From NCBI GenBank assembly GCA_038883855.1, contig JAVZLH010000004.1, positions 31,150 to 95,149 of the forward strand: a stretch of 64,000 nt of DNA, written 5' to 3'. Origin of the DNA: Candidatus Bathyarchaeia archaeon. GTDB taxonomy: Archaea; Thermoproteota; Bathyarchaeia; Bathyarchaeales; Bathycorpusculaceae. Shown one piece after another: positions 57,025-64,000 of this stretch; positions within the stretch are counted from its first letter, which is position 1, and each line of letters starts with the position of its first letter. The translations under genes and the position numbers were made by a program. The notes beneath the pieces are model-generated. The model was not told where the DNA came from. It saw only the letters and a program-made list of their open reading frames with translations, and searched no databases.

Positions 57025-57813
57025 ATGGCGATTAAGAAACCAGAATGGCCTGAAGTCGGCGAGTTAGTCATCGCCACAGTAGAAACCGTTACAGACTATG
57101 GCGCTTACGTGAAGTTAGATGAGTTTAACAAGAGAGGACTGCTTCACATTTCAGAAATCTCCTCTTCTTGGATACGGAACATACGCGACTTTGTTCGCGA
57201 AGGACAAAAAGTTGTTTTGAAAGTTTTACGGGTCGACGCTGAAAAAGGACATGTGGACTTGTCTCTGAGAAGAGTTACAAAAAAAGAGAGAATTGAGAAA
57301 ATTATGTCTTGGAAAAAAGAGAGAAAGGCCGAAGCTTTACTTCGGAGCGTCGCCGAAAAAGCTGGGGTGCCACTGGATGAGGTTTACGAGAAGGCTGGAG
57401 CCCTCTTAGAGAAGGAATATGGGTTATATGAGGGCTTTGAAAAGATTGCAAGAGAGGGAATTGACGTTTTAACAAAACTAAAGGTTCCAGAAGAATTAGC
57501 TTCAGCCTTCGTAGAAGTTGCAAAAGAAAGGATAAGAGTGCCTACAGTTAAGGTTAAAGGCATTTTGGAGCTTCGCTGCATGAAGCCGAACGGTGTTAAA
57601 ATAATTAAAGAGGCTTTTTTAAACGCCAAAAAAGCTGAAAAGACGCGGGGCGTGGAGCTTCGCTTTTACGTTGTGGCTGCACCAAAATACTGCATTGAAG
57701 TCGTCGCTGAGAATTATAAAAATGCGGAAGCTGTTCTTCAGAGGGTTGCCCAGAACGTGATTTCGAACATTGAGCAAGCAGGCGGACAAGGTGTTTTTAG
57801 AAGGGAAAAATGA
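57025..57813 (+). CDS. Translation initiation factor aIF-2 alpha subunit
   Basis: PEVGELV, S1 domain GLLHISEISSSWIRNIRD, VDLSLRRV and AAPKY. Confidence 0.95.
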   Translation: MAIKKPEWPEVGELVIATVETVTDYGAYVKLDEFNKRGLLHISEISSSWIRNIRDFVREGQKVVLKVLRVDAEKGHVDLSLRRVTKKERIEKIMSWKKERKAEALLRSVAEKAGVPLDEVYEKAGALLEKEYGLYEGFEKIAREGIDVLTKLKVPEELASAFVEVAKERIRVPTVKVKGILELRCMKPNGVKIIKEAFLNAKKAEKTRGVELRFYVVAAPKYCIEVVAENYKNAEAVLQRVAQNVISNIEQAGGQGVFRREK

Positions 57814-57998
57814 TGGTGTGGCTTTTGAGAAAATGCGTGAACTGCGGAAATTACACGTTAAAGACAGATAAGTGTCCACATTGCGGCGGAAAAGTTCGAG
57901 TGCCACATCCGCCAAAGTTTTCTCCGGACGACAAATATATTAGATATCGAATGGCTTTAAAGGGAGAAGGCGTAAAAGATGAAGGAAACCGTGGTTAA
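57810..57998 (+). CDS. nop10: H/ACA RNP protein Nop10
   Basis: KCVNCGNYTLK..CPHCGG..PHPPKFSPDDKYIRYR. Confidence 0.95.
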   Translation: MMVWLLRKCVNCGNYTLKTDKCPHCGGKVRVPHPPKFSPDDKYIRYRMALKGEGVKDEGNRG

Positions 57999-58752
57999 AG
58001 AACTCGTAAGGATGGAGTTAAACAAGCCAGTTCTGATTGAGGGACTTCCAGGTCTGGGGCTTGTTGGTAAAATTGCTGTGCGTTATTTGGTTAAACAGTT
58101 GAAAGCTGAAAAATTGGGTTACTTATACTCTCCTCACTTCCCATATTTTGTGCTTGTCAACAAAAAAGGAAGTGTTAGGCTTCTGCGGGGAACATTTTAT
58201 TTCTGGAAAAACACGAAGGACAATAATGATTTAATTCTTTTCACCGGAGATAGCCAAGCACAAACAATTGAGGGGCAGTATGAAATCTCCAACTGCATTT
58301 TAGAATTTGCCAAACGCCATGATGTTGAGACTATTATAACGATTGGAGGTTATCGTGTAGAAGCAAAGGGCAAGCCAAAGGTTATTGCAGCATCAACCAC
58401 CACAGAGCTTCTAAACAAAGCTTTGAATGCTGGAGCCATAGTAAGCCCAATTGGAAGCCCCATTGTCGGCACAGCCGGACTAATACTTGGACTAGCCCGC
58501 TTCAAAAAGATTGCCGCCCTATGCCTCTTAGGAGAAACCCGTGGATATCTGCCTGACCCTCTAGCTGCTAAGAGTGTTTTGGAAGTGTTGCAAGCAATTT
58601 TGGGTTTGGATGTTGATTTAGCTGGTTTGGATGAGGAGATTTCTAAGGCTGAAAAGATGGTTACTAGACTTCAGAAGATTGAAGCGCAGAGGGTTTTACA
58701 AGCTGAGGAAATGAAGAAGGAAGAAGACAAGAAAATAACCTATATTTCTTAA
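57979..58752 (+). CDS. Proteasome assembly chaperone (PAC2 family)
   Basis: EGLPGLGLVGKIA, TGDSQ, IVGTAGL and CLLGETRGYLPDP. Confidence 0.9.
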   Translation: MKETVVKELVRMELNKPVLIEGLPGLGLVGKIAVRYLVKQLKAEKLGYLYSPHFPYFVLVNKKGSVRLLRGTFYFWKNTKDNNDLILFTGDSQAQTIEGQYEISNCILEFAKRHDVETIITIGGYRVEAKGKPKVIAASTTTELLNKALNAGAIVSPIGSPIVGTAGLILGLARFKKIAALCLLGETRGYLPDPLAAKSVLEVLQAILGLDVDLAGLDEEISKAEKMVTRLQKIEAQRVLQAEEMKKEEDKKITYIS

Positions 58753-58762
58753 ACTTAACAGG

Positions 58763-59854
58763 CTAAAAATTTGCTTCCTTCTTGATTATCTCCACGATTT
58801 TTTCTGCAGCATCCCCGTTTCCATAAGGAGAGTTTGCTGGCAGTTCCCTCCGGTTTTCCAATGTTTTTTCCATGGCGCTAAGAATTTTTTCTTTTTCTGT
58901 GCCAACCACCTCGGCGAAACCAGCCTTTACCGCTTCTGGTCTCTCGGTGGAGAGCCGAATAACTAAAACTGGTTTTCTTATACACGGGGCTGTCGCTTCT
59001 TCTTGTATTCCGCCCGAATCAGTGACTATCATTTCGCAGTTCTTCATCAAAACTAGAAAATCCAGATAACCTAAAGGCGGCAGGATTTGCATGTTGTGTG
59101 ATTTTTTGATTTTACCATAAATTTTGTTGCGCTGTAGTCTTTTTTTGGTTCGGGGGTGTATTGGATAAACAACTGGTATTGGAGCTTCTGCAAATGCCTC
59201 CATAAAATTTTTAAGAACTGTTAAGTTGTCAACGTTTTCAGCTCTGTGAGCTGTTGCTAAAGCAAATTTTTTGTGGCGAATCACTTCCATTATTTTTGAT
59301 TTTCTTTCTGCTATGGGTAGATGCTGGTTTACGGCGTCTATGACCGTGTTTCCAGTCACGTAGATTTTGCCCCAAACATCCTCTCTTTTCAGATTCTCTT
59401 CAGCGGTTTTTGTCGGTGCAAACAAGTAAGCGGATGTGTGGTCTGTTAAACGTCTGTTGTGTTCCTCTGGCATGCGCAAGTCAAAACTTCTTAATCCAGC
59501 TTCCACATGGCCCACCGGCACTCCGAGTTTTACTGCTGCCAAGGCTGTTGCAAGCACTCCGTTTGTGTCCCCTTCAACCAAAACCATTGTAGGACAAGTT
59601 TTCCTTATTAGCTGTTCCATGCAGGTCAATATGCGGGCGGTCTGCACTCCTTGCGTATAAGCCTTAATCTTGAATTCATAGTCAGGTTTTGGAAGCTCAA
59701 GTTCTTCAATAAACTGTTGGAACATATTATAGTCATAATGTTGACCGCAATGGGTGAAAATTAATGGAACCTTTTGCTTTTTCAATGCTCTTATAACTGG
59801 TGCCATTTTTATGATTTCGGGACGTGTGCCTGCAACAACCATTACGTTTTTCAT
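58763..59854 (-). CDS. wecB: UDP-N-acetylglucosamine 2-epimerase (non-hydrolysing)
   Basis: GTRPEIIK, GQHYD, GDTN, HVEAGLRSFD..MPEEHNR, TDSGGIQEEA and TERPE. Confidence 0.95.
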   Translation of the reverse strand: MKNVMVVAGTRPEIIKMAPVIRALKKQKVPLIFTHCGQHYDYNMFQQFIEELELPKPDYEFKIKAYTQGVQTARILTCMEQLIRKTCPTMVLVEGDTNGVLATALAAVKLGVPVGHVEAGLRSFDLRMPEEHNRRLTDHTSAYLFAPTKTAEENLKREDVWGKIYVTGNTVIDAVNQHLPIAERKSKIMEVIRHKKFALATAHRAENVDNLTVLKNFMEAFAEAPIPVVYPIHPRTKKRLQRNKIYGKIKKSHNMQILPPLGYLDFLVLMKNCEMIVTDSGGIQEEATAPCIRKPVLVIRLSTERPEAVKAGFAEVVGTEKEKILSAMEKTLENRRELPANSPYGNGDAAEKIVEIIKKEANF

Positions 59855-60221
59855 TTGTCATTCCTTGGCATCAAATGTTGCCAGCCATTGCGTTTAACGT
59901 TTTCTTCCAAGTCATAATATTCCTTAATGAAACTGATTTCAAATTTTTCTGTAAGTTTCTAATTTTTAATTAGCCGCACGAATCTTTATCGTTCGGTTGC
60001 GTTATTTTCTGGGACATATAAATGTTCTTACTTTTCTTTATCGATGTAAGTCCTCAAACAATTTGAATCGGGATAAGCCATGCGTCTGTTAAAAATAGGA
60101 AAGGATTAAGCGTGGTAGTGACATCAGTGTGACCGTTGGTATACAGTGTTCACTGCCAACGCTCAATACTACAAGGAAGCTAACGTTGAAGCTGCATATT
60201 AAAACCGTTCCTTTCTTCTCT

Positions 60222-62261
60222 TTACGTTTTCTTTAAGTAGCCCTCTCTGGGTTCGTAGATTGTTCCTTCGCGTAGAAGCTGTTTAATGAGGCGTTCCGCC
60301 TCTGCTTTGGGAATTTTATATTTTGCTTCAAGCTCGTTCAGAAGCGCCGCTTTCTCAATTATTCCAGTTTCTTTTTCCATTTCCAGCATGGTTGAAAGGA
60401 TTATCTGCAATTTGTCTCTCATGCTTTTGGGTTTTCCAGTCATAATAAGGTCTATGTCAATTTTGTAGGAGGACACGTCTATTCCAACCTCTTCAAGCGA
60501 CCGTTTCATTATAGCAATTGCTGCTTCAGCATCCTCGGCTAAAACCTCCTTTCTTAAGGCTGCGCGAGCGCGGGCTTCAGCTATCCTAACTAGGGATTCG
60601 AGTTGACGGGCTGTTATCGCCACGGGAGAACCTTCAGCCTCGCTTGCAGAGCGCATGGCTAGGTAAAAATCGTTTAGTCGCCGTAAAGCCTCTTGAGTTA
60701 AAGCAGGTTTTATTCCCTTGGCATAGCTTATATACTTTCGCAAAAGCTCTAAAGGTATCGGAGGCTCAACAGGGCTTAAGCCTTTTCTGTGGATTTCAAG
60801 GATGTGTTCTGCCATCTTGCTGTCTGTTTCTTTGTTCGGTACATCTCTCAAAACGAAGATTAGGTCGAATCTTGAAAGTATCGTCACTGGCAGGGAAATG
60901 TTCTCGGCGATTGTGCGGTGAGGCTCATATCTTCCTAAAGTTGGATTCGCGGCTGCGAGTATGGCGGTTCTTGCGTTGAGTGTTGCGACTATTCCGCCTT
61001 TTGCAACCGAAACCGTATGCTGTTCCATAGCCTCATGGATGGCAACCCTATCCTCAGGGCGCATCTTATCCATCTCATCAATACACGCAATACCCTTGTC
61101 CGCCAAAACAAGTGCTCCCGCCTCTAGACTCATGCCTCCCCCCTTCTCCCTTATGACGGCAGCAGTTAAACCAGCCGCTGTTGTGCCGCGACCAGAAGTA
61201 TACAACCCGCGCGGGGCAACCCGCGCCACGTATTGCAGAAGTTGAGATTTCGCTGTTCCTGGGTCGCCTATTAAAAGGACGTTTAGCTCTCCTCTTACTG
61301 CTATGTCTGGGAGGGTTTTTGACACGCCGCCAAAAAGGAGATACATTATGGCTTCTTTGATGTGCTCATATCCATATATTGAAGGGGCTATTGAGTTAAT
61401 TATTTTACGGTGTATCCAAGGGTCTTTGGCGAGTTCAAGAATTTTTTCCTCCTCTTCAGGTGAAGGCAACGCGGCTTCAGGCTCTTTGCCCAAAACTTCA
61501 ATGGAGTTTGCATCAAGGTGCAGAATAAACGTGCGAAGCTTTCCGATTCTAGGCATTGTGGGTGCTACTGCCCGAACCACACCCACTATCGAAACATGGT
61601 CGCCCGGTCTTGCTACATCAACTATTTCATTGCCCACAAGCTTAACATGCAATGTTCTGGGCAACTGTCCAGGTGGAAGGTCTTCGGGTCTTTCTTGAAC
61701 GCGGAGATCTTGCGAATCTATGAACTGAGATTCTTCTTGGATAAATTCAAATGGTCCCTTTGAAACACATTGGGGGTTACGGCACTGAAATGGTGCTCTT
61801 AGAAAAGGTCCACTTTGGTCTATGAGTGTGGGTTCTCCGCATCTTTTACATTTGAATGCCGCGCGCATGACCATGGGGCGAACTGGAGTTGAGCGCACAA
61901 CAATGCCTTCAACCATAACTAGTTTTCCAATGTGGGCGGCGCCAAGTTTCCGTAGAGGTGTCGCTTCCAAAAGTTTTACAATTCTAACCGAAACTTTCTC
62001 AACTCTTTTCGCGTATTCTGCATCTTCTATTGCAAGTTGCTGGTAGGCGGCGTTACAGGCGTGTTTTTCTACGTATTCGTCTGGTTTTTCCAGAAGCCCG
62101 TCGGCAAGTCTCTGATCAAAAGCCAAAACATCTTCAAACTTAACAATTAACGAAGTTTTTCCTGAAACTGCAAGCTGCGAGATCCTTTGCCTATATTTTT
62201 CAGTCTTAAAAAGTTCCAGAAAACGTTCTTGCGGATCTGCAATTTCTATTTCTTCGGTCAT
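60222..62261 (-). CDS. mcm: Replicative helicase MCM (no intein)
   Basis: Zn finger CKRC..CRNPQC, Walker A GDPGTAKS, Walker B CIDEMDKM, arginine finger SRFD, ITARQLE and a C-terminal WH domain. Confidence 0.97.
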   Translation of the reverse strand: MTEEIEIADPQERFLELFKTEKYRQRISQLAVSGKTSLIVKFEDVLAFDQRLADGLLEKPDEYVEKHACNAAYQQLAIEDAEYAKRVEKVSVRIVKLLEATPLRKLGAAHIGKLVMVEGIVVRSTPVRPMVMRAAFKCKRCGEPTLIDQSGPFLRAPFQCRNPQCVSKGPFEFIQEESQFIDSQDLRVQERPEDLPPGQLPRTLHVKLVGNEIVDVARPGDHVSIVGVVRAVAPTMPRIGKLRTFILHLDANSIEVLGKEPEAALPSPEEEEKILELAKDPWIHRKIINSIAPSIYGYEHIKEAIMYLLFGGVSKTLPDIAVRGELNVLLIGDPGTAKSQLLQYVARVAPRGLYTSGRGTTAAGLTAAVIREKGGGMSLEAGALVLADKGIACIDEMDKMRPEDRVAIHEAMEQHTVSVAKGGIVATLNARTAILAAANPTLGRYEPHRTIAENISLPVTILSRFDLIFVLRDVPNKETDSKMAEHILEIHRKGLSPVEPPIPLELLRKYISYAKGIKPALTQEALRRLNDFYLAMRSASEAEGSPVAITARQLESLVRIAEARARAALRKEVLAEDAEAAIAIMKRSLEEVGIDVSSYKIDIDLIMTGKPKSMRDKLQIILSTMLEMEKETGIIEKAALLNELEAKYKIPKAEAERLIKQLLREGTIYEPREGYLKKT

Positions 62262-62830
62262 TCATCTTCCCCTTGGTTGAGTTCAAGTATTTTGGCTCTC
62301 CACAGATTGATGTTTTTGTAAAGCTCCTCATAAAGAAGTCTTTCCTCTCGCGTTAAACTTTTAAGGAATTGTTCCGTTTGGACTGGAGTTGCGGCAAGAG
62401 AAACTATTTTCTTTAACCTCAAGTTTACAATGTCTAATGCTAGATGTTTCATCCTCTCGTAATCCCGCATCTTTTCTGGTTGTTTAGCAATCTCCCTTTT
62501 TAATTCGGCTAAGAGCCTCCGAATTTTCGGGTAAAAATCCTCAGGTAAACTTGACAGTTGCACAGTTGATTGAGCACGTTCTTTCCAATGAATCTTGTAA
62601 AGTGCGGAAACGTCTAGCGTTTCTTCTCCGCGGGGGCGTACAATTCCAAACTTTTGAAGTTCAAGGGCTATCCAATATGGAACTTCATACTCGTTTCCTT
62701 CCTCGAAAGGCCCAACATTTAACCCAGCCAATTTAATTTCTGGGCAATTTCTGTTAGCCACAATCCTTACAGGTAAATTTTCAAAGGCAAAATCTAAACT
62801 GCGCATTTTCGTTACTAAATGCATTAGCAT
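62258..62830 (-). CDS. GINS complex subunit (Gins23 type)
   Basis: N-terminal B-domain EVPYWIALEL, LSSLPEDFY, RLKKI and LTREERLLY; overlaps the mcm start. Confidence 0.85.
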   Translation of the reverse strand: MLMHLVTKMRSLDFAFENLPVRIVANRNCPEIKLAGLNVGPFEEGNEYEVPYWIALELQKFGIVRPRGEETLDVSALYKIHWKERAQSTVQLSSLPEDFYPKIRRLLAELKREIAKQPEKMRDYERMKHLALDIVNLRLKKIVSLAATPVQTEQFLKSLTREERLLYEELYKNINLWRAKILELNQGEDE

Positions 62831-62972
62831 ATTTCTCCTTTCCCAATTTTTGTTATCGCCTTTAACGAATATAAAATCGGTAGTTTAAAAACTTAGATTA
62901 AAGTCTTAGAAAAATAAAACGAAATACTGTCAGCTTCAAGCCTTTCCATTTTAGAAAAAGAAAAAAGTGATT

Positions 62973-64000
62973 CTAGTCTAGAATTTTTTCAACAGCATCT
63001 TTTTCCGCTTCATGCGGCAAAGGTATTCCAGTGACTTTGGCGGCTATCTCAGACAAGCTCATTAAATCGTTTCTATTTATAAGTTCCAGTTTCCATTTTC
63101 TAGCTCCTGCCAGCAACTGTTTTAATCCCACACCTATTCGGTCTGTTAGGTACGTGTAAAGTGCTATGGCTTCCCATGGTATCTCCTTGAAGCGCTCCCC
63201 ATATTTCGCTTTAAGCTCGGGAGTTGCAATAAAGAATCTCTCGGGTGTTGTACCGTATTTTTCGGCAAATGCCCTTGGCAGTTTTCCTTCCTTAGCCAGT
63301 TGATGGAAGTAGTTTGCCTTCATGACGGCTGTTAGGGGAGAGCGCGCCATTAAAACCGCCTTAACAAATGGTTTGTCTCCGAAGTTGCTCAATGCTATTG
63401 CTTTGAAAATCTGCGTTTCGTTTATGAATCCGCCAGCCATTATTAGGTCTGGCATATAGCGTCCTTTCTTTTTCAGTATTTGAGCACACTTTAAGACTAT
63501 GGCTTCTAAGTAGACTGTTGGGATGCTCATCTCATCCATCATTGGAACGGGGCTCATACCTGTCCCACCACCCGCGCCGTCAAAGTATACTGCGTCGATT
63601 TTTGCCTCAGAAGCTATTTTTAGAGTGTAAGCTACGGCTGACGGTCTATACGCGCCTGTTTTAAGAGTTACATGTTTCGCGCCTTGCTCTCTTAACCACT
63701 CTACGTCTTCTACAAAGTCTTTCTCTTTTGGTATGCCTACCCTGCTGTGTCTTTCGAAAGTTTTGAAGACCTCATCTTTGAATGCTTGCTGCACAGCTGG
63801 GTCTTCAGGGTCGGGAATTACCAGGTATCCTCTTTTCTTCAGCATTATAGCCTTATCCAAGTCGCTTATGCGGACTTCGCCTCCAATTGCTTTGGCTCCT
63901 TGACCCCACTTCCGCTCGATGATGTTTACCTCAAGCTTTGAAATCGCGTAGACATCAACGCCAAGCCTCTGATCCTCAACGTTGGTTTGCACCGCAATAT
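62973..64000 (-). CDS. FMN-binding glutamate synthase family protein, partial (5' end outside window)
   Basis: KWGQGAKAIGGE, LKTGAY, DGAGGGTGMSP and MAGG; frame is open to the window end. Confidence 0.85.
   Translation of the reverse strand, partial: IAVQTNVEDQRLGVDVYAISKLEVNIIERKWGQGAKAIGGEVRISDLDKAIMLKKRGYLVIPDPEDPAVQQAFKDEVFKTFERHSRVGIPKEKDFVEDVEWLREQGAKHVTLKTGAYRPSAVAYTLKIASEAKIDAVYFDGAGGGTGMSPVPMMDEMSIPTVYLEAIVLKCAQILKKKGRYMPDLIMAGGFINETQIFKAIALSNFGDKPFVKAVLMARSPLTAVMKANYFHQLAKEGKLPRAFAEKYGTTPERFFIATPELKAKYGERFKEIPWEAIALYTYLTDRIGVGLKQLLAGARKWKLELINRNDLMSLSEIAAKVTGIPLPHEAEKDAVEKILD

Noticed and set aside
60222-62261. Intein in MCM
   Set aside because: The 679-aa length and contiguous motifs leave no room for one.

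Overview
Archaeal chromosomal DNA, most consistent with Bathyarchaeia (TACK). The basis is the archaeal gene set, the EF-2 paralog-like gene, the multiple Hdr/Mvh modules and GGAGGT/GGTGA ribosome-binding sites. From left to right: (1) aroE(partial)-aroK-aroA-aroC and purE-purC-purP-like-purP; (2) RIO-like kinase, a stand-alone shortened EF-2-family GTPase, OGG1-type glycosylase, tRNA(CAU), WrbA, isochorismatase-family hydrolase, M24 peptidase, MoaD/SAMP and AOR plus ferredoxin; (3) a ~26-kb redox island (17.6-43.8 kb) with two MvhAG hydrogenases, two HdrBC pairs, three architecturally different HdrA proteins, an HdrD-like protein and an acyl-CoA ligase-GNAT fusion, followed by a thiolase; (4) the conserved PCNA-primase-GINS-L44e-S27e-aIF2a-Nop10-PAC2 cluster, split between priL and priS by a ~7.3-kb glycosyltransferase/archaeosortase block, then wecB, mcm, gins23 and a partial glutamate-synthase-family gene. 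The best candidate for an undescribed system is the head of the first Hdr/Mvh operon. It holds a ribbon-helix-helix::GcvH fusion that lacks the lipoyl lysine, a GltD/HdrL-like NAD(P)H flavoprotein with an HdrA-type C-terminal ferredoxin, and an MvhD::winged-helix fusion. Nearby, two HdrA-MvhD fusions show complementary loss of cofactor ligands. No CRISPR array, rRNA, transposase or integrase was seen. All calls rest on motif recognition by eye; no database searches were run.
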